The notes beneath the pieces are model-generated. The model saw nothing but the letters and a program-made list of their open reading frames with translations. It did no database searches and was not told where the DNA came from. The translations under genes were made by a program, and so were the position numbers. Shown piece by piece: positions 30,589 to 41,630 of a stretch of DNA of 64,000 nt (its first letter is position 1; the number at the start of each line of letters is the position of its first letter). Source of the DNA: Eledone cirrhosa (taxonomy: Eukaryota); NCBI GenBank assembly GCA_964016885.1, contig OZ024759.1, positions 3,038,001 to 3,102,000 on the forward strand, written 5' to 3'.

Positions 30589-30624
30589 TCTTCTGATGAA
30601 GGATTAGCACCCGAAATGTTAAGA
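30589..30624 (+). ncRNA. Minimal type I hammerhead motif, probably degenerate, in a Penelope-type terminal remnant
   Basis: tctt-CTGATGA-aggattagcacc c-GAAA-tgtt-aaga. Stem I is tctt/aaga; GAAAT replaces GAAAC. Confidence 0.55.
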
Positions 30625-30735
30625 TACTCTTCCTGCTATTTCAAGCATTAAACTAATATATTCCTTCCAATTGTGTTGTTATTTCTGTTCACCTTTTACA
30701 TACATATATATATATGCACACAAACACATATATAT

Positions 30736-31419
30736 CATCATTGTTTAACGTCCATTTTCCACGCTAGCATGGGTTAGGCAGGTTGTCCCATTTGAGGCAA
30801 ATTGGGCCAGGTGACCATGTCTTGTTCATATAGAACTGTTTCCCGCTAGGTTTCTACATGCCAACCACAGTGTGGGCTGGGTACTTTTTGGTGTGACGCT
30901 TTAGCGTGTGCTGATATATTTTGTTTAATGTAAGGGTGGTGTGGGCATGAGTGGGTGGGTGGGGGTATAGTGGTTAGGAGTGCCTACGAGGTGTATGTTT
31001 GGGTCTGTGTGCAAAGGAAGCTGTGTCTTCTGTATTACTGCATAACACCATAGATCTTGATCCTGTGTCATTGTCTTTGAGAGGTTCAGTTTTGCAAGGT
31101 CACCTTTTATCAACTTGTCCCAGGTCTTCCTGGTTCTACTTACTCCAAGACTTCCATCAATTTTGGATGTCCGGCACCTTTTTTATACAGCTCTCATCCT
31201 CCATACATATCACATGACCATACCAACTCAATCTCCTCTCTAGAATATTGCATCTGATCCTTCTTATACCTAATTTCTCTCTCAGTTCATTTACACATTG
31301 CTGTTTATGTATATTATTATTACACATTCATCGGAGCATGCATGCTTAATTTCTTTCCAGTCTTCACAGGTCCTCTGCACACAGTGCCCAGGTCTCACTG
31401 CCATATAACATTGCTGTTA
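30736..31419 (-). mobile_element. RTE-clade LINE, 3' fragment
   Basis: (ATC)n tail and ttccacgctagcatggg terminus shared with other RTE copies. Degenerate RT C-terminal coding sequence homologous to 46350-46770. Confidence 0.85.
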
Positions 31420-31814
31420 GTATATGTCTATGTATATATATATTTATCTTTGTATATATATCTGTGTATACCACGACACCAACACTAGGTAGATTGTCAT
31501 GTCATTGACACAACTGAATGGATGTCCTTCCTCTCGCCAACCACTTTACAGAGTGTACTGGGTGTGTTTATCATGTAGATATCCAACACTAGGTACCAGA
31601 GAGGTTGCCATGTCTATAACACAGCTTAACGGTCCTTCTAACCCTTTGTTTGCCAAGTTTTCTACAGCTCGATGTATACCTTTACTTTACAGAGTGTACA
31701 GGGTGTATTCTTTAAGTCACCAACAAAAGACACTAGAGAGGTTGTTATGCCCTTGGCAAACACCAAAACTAAAATATACTTTCAACCAAACACTGGAGAC
31801 ATTTTCAAATGAAT

Positions 31815-31820
31815 TTTATT
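31815..31820 (-). terminator. Putative polyadenylation signal (AATAAA) of the ATP5F1E-like gene
   Basis: AATAAA on the minus strand, 70 nt after the stop codon. Confidence 0.7.
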
Positions 31821-31890
31821 TATATATTTTAAAACATTCTAAAGTATAGGGGTGCAAAGAGTGTCTGTACTTAGTACGGTTGCTATGGTT

Positions 31891-31913
31891 TCAGACTTTC
31901 TCTGCTGCAGCTT
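31891..31913 (-). CDS. ATP5F1E: ATP synthase F1 subunit epsilon, coding exon 3 (KAAAEKV*)
   Basis: Acceptor ttttttctattttgcAG, phase 1 matches exon 2, TGA stop, AATAAA downstream. Total CDS 32+131+23=186 nt. Confidence 0.8.
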
Positions 31914-32082
31914 CTGCAAAATAGAAAAAAATGGAACAAACATAAACAACAACAAAAAAAGGGGGGGGGGGGGGGATACCCACACGCACACAGATGTAAA
32001 TAGGAATCAAACATGGGATGAGGGACACAAGACGGACACTGGACATTGCTCAACCTCTGGAAATCCTTATAGCTTTGTGCAT

Positions 32083-32800
32083 TTAACCCTTTACACTTAC
32101 TCTATATATACTATTATATGTTCACAGTAAAGGCTTTACCTCACATAATACCTACATAACATTTACATTACTCTATATATACTGTTGTAGTGCACCTGAG
32201 CACTGTACACAATAATTTCATTATTATTATTATTATTGTATTTTCACAGTAAAGGCTTTACCTCACATAATATCTCGCATAACATTTACATTACTCTATA
32301 TATATACTATTGTATTTTCACAGTAAAGGCTTTACCTCACATAATATCTCACATAACATTTACATTACTCTATATATACTATTGTATTTTCACAGTAAAG
32401 GCTTTACCTCACATAATATCTGACATAACATTTACATTACTCTATATATACTATTGTATTTTCACAGTAAAGGCTTTACCTCACATAACATTTACATTAC
32501 TCTATATATACTATTGTATTTTCACAGTAAAGACTTTACCTCACATATCTCACATACCATTTACATTACTCTATATATACTATTGTATTTTCACAGTAAA
32601 GGCTTTACCTCACATAATATTTATATTACTTTATATTTACTATTATATGTTCATGGTAAAGGCTTTATCTGTGAATATATGAAATTTTGATATTATTTAT
32701 AATGAGAACAATACCTTAACATCAGAATGAGTAGCAAGTTATGGCCAGTTTCAACAAAGATGTGAGGGAATACTGGCGGTTTTAAATGGTAAAGGATTAA
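32083..32800. mobile_element. TTAA-flanked MITE (piggyBac-like ends) with internal ~60-71-bp tandem repeats
   Basis: TTAA-ccctttac ... gtaaagga-TTAA. Internal repeat cacagtaaaggctttacctcacataa occurs ~8 times (32123-32670). Confidence 0.6.
32185..32236 (+). mobile_element. CR1-type LINE 3' tail nested in the MITE
   Basis: ttgtagtgcacctgagcactgtacac plus (ATT)n; matches the 3' end of the CR1 fragment at ~41125-41165. Confidence 0.65.
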
Positions 32801-32969
32801 GTTGACTGTCCCAGAATAAATATAATCAAGGGTAAATAATTACTTATGTTGTTTAATAGATTTTGAGGAAATCAATACATATGAAAAATTGGAATTTCTT
32901 ACTGTATTGATTGAAATGTTCGTAAATCAATTGATTTAATGTAATTTAATCCTGTATATATTGTTTACA

Positions 32970-33124
32970 AAGGTGAGAGACGTGTACATAGAGGTAAGAG
33001 GTGTGTATATATACAGGTGAGAGATGTGTATATATACAGGTGAGAGATGTGTATATATACAGGTGAGAGATGTGTATATATACAGGTGAGAGATGTGTAT
33101 ATATACAGGTGAGAGATGTGTATT

Positions 33125-33125
<1 letters not shown>
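32970..33125. repeat. 23-bp minisatellite (caggtgagagatgtgtatatata), ~6 copies
   Basis: Units start at 33014, 33037, 33060, 33083 and 33106, with degenerate copies upstream. Confidence 0.9.
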
Positions 33126-33155
<30 letters not shown>

Positions 33156-33253
33156 ATACCTATGCTGTGTCCATCAACTTATTATTATATATATATAGTT
33201 TCCCACCTGCTTGTGGTGGGGCCGGTAACATTGTTAGAATTGTGTCTTTGGAC

Positions 33254-33396
33254 AGGTCAACACGGTGTACCCAGTAGTTTCCGTGGTAGGTCAACAGTGT
33301 ACCCAGTAGTTTCCGTGGTAGGTCAACAGTGTACCCAGTAGTTTCCGTGGTAGGTCAACAGTGTACCCAGTAGTTTCCATGGTAGGTCAACAGTGT
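33254..33396. repeat. 32-bp minisatellite (ggtcaacagtgtacccagtagtttccgtggta), ~4.4 copies
   Basis: Units start at 33255, 33289, 33321, 33353 and 33385. Confidence 0.9.
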
Positions 33397-33475
33397 AAGG
33401 TTTCTTCAAACAAGAATCTGCCCAGGTAACAGAGTCTATATATGTGTGTGTGAGCATATAGAACAATGAAAACAA

Positions 33476-34365
33476 AACGTCCACTTTTCCATGCTAGCAT
33501 GGGTTGGACAGGTCCTCCTCAGCATGGCATATCTCCATTTGTTGTGTTTCTTCATCATCTCTACCAATCTTAGCAATTTGAGGTCAGCTCTCAGAACCCC
33601 TGCTCAAGTCTTTCTTGGTCGTCCTCTACTGCAGCTTCCTTCCACTAGGATTTCCTGGCATTTCTTCACTCATCAGTCATTGTCCATCACATGTCCATAC
33701 CAACACAGTCTTCTCTCCTGCACACCACCTTGGATTCCTCTTAAACACAGCTCGTCCAACCTCTTCTTTTCTCTCACATTTACATTGCACATCAAATGGA
33801 GCATGGTTGCTTCATTTCTCTCCAGTCTATGCAAGTCCTCATCAGTCAGGGCCCATGTTTCACTACCATGCAGCATTGCACACAGTCTTCCTTCTGTAAG
33901 TGAGGAGAAACCTTTTGTCAACAGTGGGAGTTGTTCTCTAAACTTCTTCCATCCTAGTCTTATTCTAGCTATTATATTTTCGGCACACCCTCTTCCCATG
34001 GGCAGCCCATTTTCAACTCGTCTGAAGATCTATGATGGACAGCAGTGGGCTAAGAGCTGAACCTTGATGAACTCCAACCTGTATCTCAAATTCCTCACCA
34101 AACTCATTTTCTACTCTCATAAGCCATTCTTCTGCACCTAATTTCCTTAAGGACCACCAGATCGGGGTACTCTGTCAAAGGCCTTCTCTAGGTCAACAAA
34201 AGCTAAATATAGTGGTTTATTTTTAGCTAGGAACTTCTATTGTAGTTGCCTCACTAAAAAAAGTGCATCTGTAGTACTTTTCCCAGGCATGAAACCAAAC
34301 TGCATCCCATCTATTTTGACTCTTTCTCTAATTAGCTGTGCTATAATTCTTTCTGTTACTTTCAA
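33476..34365 (-). mobile_element. Degenerate, internally deleted RTE LINE fragment
   Basis: ORF 33673..33999 (GWKKFRE...MLHGSETWAL...WYGHVM); QFGFMPGK and AFVDLEKAF motifs at ~34180-34310. Confidence 0.85.
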
Positions 34366-34652
34366 CCCTCTCATTAAGTGTATCCCATAGGGCCTTTCTA
34401 AACCTATATTTAACTGAGAGGTCCTTTAACTTCCACATGCTCAGTCTCCATATTTTCCTGCATGTCTTGTTCTGTCTTTTGTTTATTTTGATGTCAGTAG
34501 TACCTAAGTTGTGCTGGGTGGTGCAGTCTTCCCCAGAGAAGGGCCTTAGTATTTATTACAGTCCGTCTGTCTTAATCTGTAACTCAACACTAACCACTAG
34601 GTCACACATTATCAATGAAATAAAATGAAGTAAAAAGAAAATATTAACTTAC

Positions 34653-34783
34653 TGACTGGTTTTCCTCCCTCCCATCGCGTGGCTTTTACAAACGTCTCCG
34701 CCCGTTTCTCAGCTGCAGCTTTCGGTGTTGCTTGGAGACAAGATCTCACAACCTTGGCACAAATTGCAGAAAACTGCACATAG
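34653..34783 (-). CDS. ATP5F1E: ATP synthase F1 subunit epsilon, coding exon 2 (YVQFSAICAKVVRSCLQATPKAAAEKRAETFVKATRWEGGKPV)
   Basis: Acceptor ttctttcttctgttgttttAG and donor GTAAGT. Peptide resembles metazoan epsilon/stunted (Y..S.ICAK.VR..L...W..GKP). Confidence 0.92.
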
Positions 34784-34970
34784 CTAAAACAACAGAAGAA
34801 AGAATGATTGATTTTGAATACTATGATTTTTTTTCAACACGCCGACGCGTATGTCTATATGTGTGTATGTACATATGTATGAGTATATAAATATAAACGT
34901 GCAAACACAGGCACACTCAGACATACATTCACACACACGTAGCATAACAAATGGAACACCAGCCATTAGT

Positions 34971-35179
34971 TAGTATATTTAAAATTTCATACACTTAACA
35001 GTTATGGCCATCACTATATAGTGGGGATATGTTTCAAAACTGGCCTCTCATTCGTAATTTTGTCCTGGCGCCCGATGAAAGGCCAATTTTGAAACACCTC
35101 CATTATACAGTGGTGGCCATAACTGGACTCAGAAACCTAAAGTCACACATGTTAAGTATATGAAATTTAAAATATACTA
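34971..35179. mobile_element. Palindromic (foldback) MITE-like element in intron 1
   Basis: Outer arms tagtatatttaaaatttcatacacttaaca / tgttaagtatatgaaatttaaaatatacta. Inner arms agttatggcca...aaaactggcct / aggccaatttt...tggccataact. Confidence 0.65.
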
Positions 35180-35269
35180 AATAAGCTCTCTTGCAACAGA
35201 TTGAGCATTTATCTATGGATATTGCTTGACCTTTTATCTACGGATATTCTGCATACACACACATATATA

Positions 35270-35801
35270 TACTAGCTGAGGTACCCGGCTTTGCCCGGGA
35301 GAACAGAGAAAACGACTGTATTGGATGTGTTGTCTGGTATGAGGTGAGAGAGAGAGACATAAAAAAAAACAATCAAAACTTCCTTATTAGGCTGGGGGAG
35401 TAAACTGCTGATTAAATGGTAGCATTGGCCTTGGATTTTAAATGTAAAATAACCATAGTCAGTATGATCTTTTTCAGCTCCAAAGGACGTCATCTGAAAC
35501 ACAGCAATATACTACATAACATTGTTTCTGAAGTGTTTAGCTTCGTTAGTACGGACTGTAAGTAGTATATGGATAAAAGCCGGAGGGGAGATTAATTTAA
35601 AATAGTATCAATTTTTCTTTGTTCTGTAAAATCAAAGACTGTAAAACTACTTTATAAAAGCTAACGCAATATTGTTAAACCTTCCTATAGATCAAAGGAT
35701 CTAGTTTAAACCGCTTCTAGCCTTTTCTGGGACTTCTCTCTCTCTGAATATCTAACACTTTAATTGTATCTCTCTTTCTGCCTCTCTCATTCTTTCTTTA
35801 G

Positions 35802-35835
<34 letters not shown>

Positions 35836-35885
35836 TTTTCATGTGATTCAACCAACCCACCAATAAACATCTTTCTTTTATATAT
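35270..35885. mobile_element. Helitron/Helentron-derived element carrying a RepHel fragment on the minus strand
   Basis: Minus-strand KHFRNN..FQMTSFGA...TFKIQGQCYHLISSLLP matches the Helitron Rep N-terminal region. End actag...cccggctttgcccggg is a hairpin. Right boundary approximate. Confidence 0.7.
35803..35833. repeat. (GT)n microsatellite
   Basis: Direct. Confidence 0.9.
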
Positions 35886-36029
35886 ATATCCCCATCATCA
35901 TTGACCATCTTCCACGTTAGTATATAATAATCACCAGCTAAGTATCACACCCTGGACCTACCCCACATCTCTTGACCAACAAGCTTGGAAAAATAAACAC
36001 TCTCCCACAATGTTACTGAAGTAGCTAAT

Positions 36030-36531
36030 ATCTCCCAGTCCACCCTATAAGGTGGTCATGACAAAAACCTTTATTCCATCTTTGGTGTCATGACAAAAGT
36101 ACACACAGCAAGATGGTCATGCTGGGGACATGACAAATAAGCACCTAGTCAACTCTGTAAAGGTGGTCATGTTCGTGATATGACATGAAGCACCCAGCCC
36201 ACCCTGTGGAGTGGGCATGTTGGTGAGAGAAGGTTCTCGGTTCAGCGTGGAGTGGGTGGGTTGGTGTCATGACAGTCTACCCTGTAGTGTGGCTGTATTA
36301 GCAACAGGAGAAAAAGTGACAGTGTTGATACCAAGCACTCAGCCCACGTAGTAAAGTGGTCATGGTGTCACAATAAAAAGCACCCAGCCCACACTGTAAA
36401 TGAGGTTGGCATTAGGAAGGGCATCCAGCCAAAGAAACCAAGCCAGAAACAGTTCTGTATGGACAGACACTGTCATCTAATCTGACTTCTCTCATAATGG
36501 GACAACTCTTCCAACCCATACTGGCGTGGAA
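36030..36531 (+). mobile_element. RTE-derived 3' UTR fragment with repeated subunits
   Basis: cacccagcccacactgtaaatgaggttggcattaggaagggcatccagc and ccaacccatactggcgtggaa are reverse complements of the RTE 3' UTR at 46080-46290. Confidence 0.75.
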
Positions 36532-36817
36532 CATAACTCTCAGGTCCCAAATAACTGCCCCCCCCCCCCCCCTCCTCACCCAGTAATTTTTCCACCACCC
36601 CTGCTAATGTTTATCCAGCGAAATTTTATTTTAAGCCGTAGCATTCCTGCGATAATTTTCTTTAGACATTAAAAAACATTATACATGACAAAAAAATATA
36701 TAGAATGTTATGTAAACTAAACAAATAATTCTGGTTTTTAAAAAAAATCAACGGAGACAACCTATAAAAATTACAGATTTTCCAAACACTCTGCTTACCC
36801 TCCTTCCACTATTATTT

Positions 36818-37440
36818 GAGTACTTGCAGCACCAGAACCTAACCCCCCTCCATTATTGGGCACCCGAGAGTACTTGCAGCACCAGAACCTAACTCCCTCC
36901 ATTATTGGGGACCCGATAGTACTTGCAGCACCAGAACCTAACTCCCTCCATTATTGGGCACCCGAGAGTACCTGCAGCACCAGAACCTAACCCCCCTCCA
37001 TTATTGGGCACCCGAGAGTACTTGCAGCACCAGAACCTAACCCCCCTCCATTATTGGGGACCCGAGAGTACTTGCAGCACCAGAACCTAACCTCCCTCCA
37101 TTATTGGGCACCCGAGAGTACTTGCAGCACCAGAACCTAACCTCCCTCCATTATTGGGCACCCGAGAGTACTTGCAGCACCAGAACCTAACCCCCCTCCA
37201 TTATTGGGGACCCGAGAGTACTTGCAGCACCAGAACCTAACCTCCCTCCATTATTGGGCACCCGAGAGTACTTGCAGCACCAGAACCTAACCTCCCTCCA
37301 TTATTGGGCACCCGAGAGTACTTGCAGCACCAGAACCTAACCCCCCTCCATTATTGGGGACCCGATAGTACTTGCAGCACCAGAACCTAACCCCCCTCCA
37401 TTATTGGGGACCCGAGAGTACTTGCAGCACCAGAACCTAA
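36818..37440. repeat. 49-50-bp minisatellite, ~12.5 copies, apparently built from a MITE terminus
   Basis: Unit gagtacttgcagcaccagaacctaacccccctccattattgggcacccga; no spacers between units. Confidence 0.95.
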
Positions 37441-37454
37441 ACCATTTTTCTTGT

Positions 37455-37705
37455 GTCGGACTTCCGTCGTTTTTGACGATAAGTGTTCCAGTTATTCAAA
37501 CGGAAGAACCAGCTCATGAAATTAACGTGCAAGTGGCTGAGCATTCCACAGACACATGCACCCATAACAAACATTCAGCGCAATACAATGTTTGACGATA
37601 ACAGGTACAACTCATTTTTTGCCAGCTGAGTGCAGTGGAACGTAAAATAAAGTATCTTGCTCAAGGACACAATGCGCCTCCTGGAATCGAACTGGCGACC
37701 TTAGT
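37455..37705 (-). mobile_element. tRNA-derived SINE (partial)
   Basis: B-box-like gttcgattcc on the minus strand. Body (agctgagtg...cttgctcaagga) shared with 40160-40302. Confidence 0.7.
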
Positions 37706-38367
37706 GAGCTGGAAGTTAAAATAAGAAACTGAGGTGGACTTTAATAAGTTCTAGTTTCGTCTTCAAATGAAATCAATGTCCTTGAGAAAGGTAAGTTTTT
37801 TTACACCAGTCACGTGTTAGAGGTGAAATTGTCCCCCTCCCCCCGAGTTTTTTTTTTTTTTTGTTTTAAACGAATTTGACCTTTAAAACTGTCGAAAATT
37901 ATTATAAGTTTAATTCACAAGACATCAGAAACCACAAGTAAAAAATAAATTTCACCTGAACATGAGGTAGGTGTAATTATAAAACCAGAGGAGACAAACG
38001 AAAGATGTTATCCTTGAAGATATTTTCTGGTGAAAACAACGTATAAGTAAACCAACTATTTATTTTAACACTGATATATTTAAAAATACGTTAATTATTT
38101 AACCCATTACTTAACTATTAATAATAATAGTTACATGTAAGGAAACGCCAATGTCAGCATGTGACAAGAACTGTTTCACAACTAAATATGACCTCTAGCT
38201 CAGAAACCTGGCAAATTAAGGGCTTTATATATTAAATAATTGACAGAAGGGACATATCAAAGGGTAGAATATATTCCTATTAAACCAGATGAGGGAGAGA
38301 GACGGGTTTTCTTTTTTTTAAATCTTACATAACATTGTTAATGCTTTTTACAATAGACTTGTCTCTC

Positions 38368-38369
38368 TA

Positions 38370-38430
<61 letters not shown>
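38368..38430. repeat. (CT)n(AT)n microsatellite
   Basis: Direct. Confidence 0.9.
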
Positions 38431-38438
<8 letters not shown>

Positions 38439-38604
38439 GACGGTCGTGACAAAGAGTACTCAATACAATGGAAAATATTAATTTATATTAAGGTCAAAAT
38501 GTCCTACCTCGATATTAACAAACATTATATATGTATATGTGTCTGTTATATAGATTTTAAGGGTTGTATATTAAGTATAAACAATAATAAATGAAATAAC
38601 TTAC

Positions 38605-38636
38605 TTTAATCCAGCCTGACGCCAAAATGTTGACAT
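38605..38636 (-). CDS. ATP5F1E: ATP synthase F1 subunit epsilon, coding exon 1 (MSTFWRQAGL + AA)
   Basis: ATG TCA ACA TTT TGG CGT CAG GCT GGA TTA AA|GTAAGT. WRQAGL is the epsilon N-terminal signature; the phase-2 intron joins exon 2 in frame. Confidence 0.92.
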
Positions 38637-38650
38637 TGTGAGTGAAAATT

Positions 38651-38664
38651 GGAGAGAAAAGAGG
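38651..38664 (-). promoter_or_regulatory. Candidate TCT/5'TOP polypyrimidine initiator of ATP5F1E
   Basis: cctcttttctctcc lies 15-28 nt upstream of the ATG. Confidence 0.35.
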
Positions 38665-38919
38665 TATAAGTGTGAAACAAGGAGGAGATAACCTTGGCAC
38701 GACTGATTACCCACAATACACTGCTTCTTCGGTGAACAGTCAATAAAAGTTCCGTTTAAAATTACATCTGACAATAGCAAAGATTACCTGGTCAGCGATT
38801 TTTTGTTTTAAGGGTTTATGTAATCGATTTTCCCCTTCCCACAAATTATTGGCTTTGTGTCTGCATTTGAAATGAATATTATTGTGTTGGCTTGTCTAAA
38901 AATAATATTAGACTCCACT

Positions 38920-39545
38920 GCGAAAACTGAGACACTCATCCTCTCAAGTAAGCCTGCACAGTGCACTCTACATGTAAATAGACGTACCACTGAAGCAGGT
39001 AGAGAAGTTCAAGTATCTTGGGGCCGTGTTCACGACTGATGGAAAGCAGGAGGCTGCATTAAGTGCAAAAATTGCAAAAGCTGGTGCAGTAATGCGCCAG
39101 CTTCGGCGTTCAGTAATCAAAAGAAGTGAGGTAGGTGTAAAAGTCAAACTAGCTATCTTCAATTCAGCCGAAATGAGATTTCCTCGAAGGGTCTTTGGAG
39201 TAACGTTACTCGATTGAGTGCGTAACTCAGAGATCAGAGAGTTACTCCAGGTGGAGCAGCTACTTTTCTAAATTGAAAGATCACAACTCCGATACTATGG
39301 ACATGTGGTTAGAATGTATCAGGAAAGAATCGCTGGACAGATTTTACGGATAAAACCAACTAGGAGGAGACCCAGGAGTAGACCCTGAACATGATGGTTG
39401 GATAACATATATGAGCTTGGCTGGTCTTGCTTGGGGATCCAGCCGGATCAGTCGGAGATGGTTGCTTCTGACAGGACCTACTGGAAGGAGAGTTTGAGGA
39501 CTCTGTCCCCATGACCCCCTCAGGAATAAGGGAGCAAAGAAGACA
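38920..39545 (+). mobile_element. RTE-clade LINE 3' fragment, a different family, frameshifted
   Basis: Motifs VEKFKYLG, AEMRFPRRVFGVTLLD, VRNSEIRE, SQLRYYGHVVRM. Confidence 0.8.
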
Positions 39546-39799
39546 CCACTGCTCCTTGACCACTGCTCCTTGTGGGGTGTGATTGCGTGTCTGAGTCATC
39601 GCCCACCCCTTTTTTCTTTCTTTTTTTTAGTATTCTTCATACTGAGGTCGATTCTTCCTGTATATCTCTTTCTCATTTATTTTCTCTCACTCTGTGCTAT
39701 AGTCCTGGAGAGGAGATGGGCTCTGCCAGTTTTTTTTAAATGCCCAAGAAACGCCGTATGTTAACATGGCGCCCCTACCATTTCCTAACAAGTTACGGA

Positions 39800-39955
39800 T
39801 CCATACTATACCATACCATATATTTATACAGTCTTATACACTCACTATACTATACCATATATATACACAGTCTTATACACACACTATACTATACCATATA
39901 TATATAGTCTTATACACTCACTATACCATATAAATACACAGTCTTATACACTCAT
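39800..39955. repeat. Degenerate ~35-40-bp minisatellite, ~4 copies
   Basis: Repeated ctataccatata...agtcttatacac. Confidence 0.75.
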
Positions 39956-39967
39956 TAAATTGTGTTT

Positions 39968-40130
39968 CATCATCATCATTTTACGTCTGCTTTTCCCTGC
40001 TTGCAAGGGTGGGATGGGAACTGATTCTGGCTGGGATTCTACAGTTGGATGCCCTTCCTAACACCAACCTCATTTACAGTGAGTGCTGGCTGCTTTTTTG
40101 CTGTGGCACCTCCACAACCACTTTGCCATG
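39968..40130 (-). mobile_element. RTE-type 3' end
   Basis: (ATC)n tail and ggatgcccttcctaacaccaacc motif. Confidence 0.75.
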
Positions 40131-40159
40131 GAATGATATGGACTCCAGTCCCTATCATC

Positions 40160-40302
40160 TCATTTCTACAGCTGAGTGAACTGGAGCAATGTGAAATAAA
40201 GTGTCTTGCTCAAGGAAACAACACATCACCTAGTCTGAGAATTGAACTCACAACCTTTCGATTGCAAGCCCAATGCTCTAACCACTAAGCCATGTGCCTC
40301 CA
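40160..40302 (-). mobile_element. tRNA-derived SINE head
   Basis: Minus strand ggaggcacatggcttagtggttagagc (A box) ... gagttcaattc (B box); no complete cloverleaf. Confidence 0.8.
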
Positions 40303-40309
40303 TGTGTTT

Positions 40310-41165
40310 ATCTATAAAAATGGACTGGCAACTCAAGCTGGCTGTGGACAAGTGTACCACCATGCATTTTTGGAGGAAAAACCCAGCTTTCACATATTCT
40401 CTCCACAACACCAATCTCAAGAAGTCTTCTGCTGAACATGACCTGGGCATTATTGTCAGCAGTGATTTGCGTTGGACAAAGCACATCTCTAAAATTGTCA
40501 AGAAAGCCGAGGGTGTTTTGGCATCACTCAGCAAGACCTTTCTCAGCTGCTCTCCAGCTATCTATTTAAAGCTGTATATATCTATGGTGCGGCCACACTT
40601 AGAATTTGCATCACCAGTCTGGAACCCCTACCTAGCTCGACCTCCTGGAAACTGTTCAGAGACGCGCATCAAGCATCTACCATACTCTGAACACCTTGCT
40701 TCCCTGGGCATGGATATATTAAAGCTCTGACATCTGGCAACTGACTTGGTAGACACACACAAGATTATTAACCATCTTGCCAACAACAACCCTGAGCACC
40801 TTTTTGATTTCCATGTGTCTCACCTGTGGACATGCCTACAAAGTCAGAAAACAGCACAGCCCCACGACTTTTGGAAACATTTTTCCACACTCAGAGTTGT
40901 TGAAGCATTGAACAAATTACCTGCATCAGTTGTTAGCTGTCGGGACACTGCATCCTTCAAAACTTCCATACTTCTCGAAATTCGCCAACACTACACCTGA
41001 TATTCGATATTCCCCCTCCATACACACGCATGCATCTATCTGTGTGTATATCATGACTCATACACTGTTCACTTTACTGACATTTGTACATATTTCTATG
41101 TACTATAGATGCACCTTTGATGAGTTGTAGTGCACCTGAGCACAGTACACAGTAATTTTTATTAT
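40310..41165 (+). mobile_element. CR1-clade LINE 3' fragment
   Basis: WQLKLAVDKC, HDLGIIVSSDLRW, LYISMVRPHLEFASPVWNP, RVVEALNKLP, followed by 3' UTR and an ATT tail. Confidence 0.85.
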
Positions 41166-41504
41166 AAATAAAATGTTATTGAATTAGTGAATAATTTTAA
41201 CAATAACGAGAAAACAAGGGAAATAACTCTAAGTTACCAAATCCGAGCCACTGATCCCGTTGTATTTAAATATTGACCCTTAACTCTTGGTGAAGTCGTG
41301 GGGATGCCGTATGTGACATGTGACACTTCCTTGACTGTCCTCTTGATTGAATAATTGAAACACTCATCGTTGAAACTGACCGAGGTCCTTTTATACATCA
41401 ATGAGATGACTAGGTTGGTGCCTGATTGAATGTCTGGTATCTTGATGGCAGCAGGAGGTAGGTAAATGTGGAAACATCATGGTGTTTAGGTGTCAGTATA
41501 TGAG

Positions 41505-41630
41505 TGGAGAGTCATTAGAAACTGGGTAGAATGCTTTGTAGTATTCATTTCAAATCCGGCCGAGGTCAACTTTGCCTTTCATCCATTCAAAGGTGATAAA
41601 AAAGTCCAGTCAAGTACTGGGGTCGATTTT
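41505..41630 (+). mobile_element. Degenerate SINE (B box plus conserved central domain)
   Basis: ttcaaatcc followed by gccgaggtcaactttgcctttcatcc, resembling SINE core domains. Confidence 0.55.

Noticed and set aside
36818-37440. CRISPR-like or telomeric (cctaaccc) array
   Set aside because: No unique spacers; only one telomere-like hexamer per unit, compatible with chance.
40225-40302. tRNA gene
   Set aside because: A and B boxes are present but run into a SINE body, and a full acceptor stem does not form.
41234-41478. ~80-codon stop-free minus-strand frame as a possible host exon
   Set aside because: No recognisable protein similarity, no convincing splice acceptor and no partner exons.
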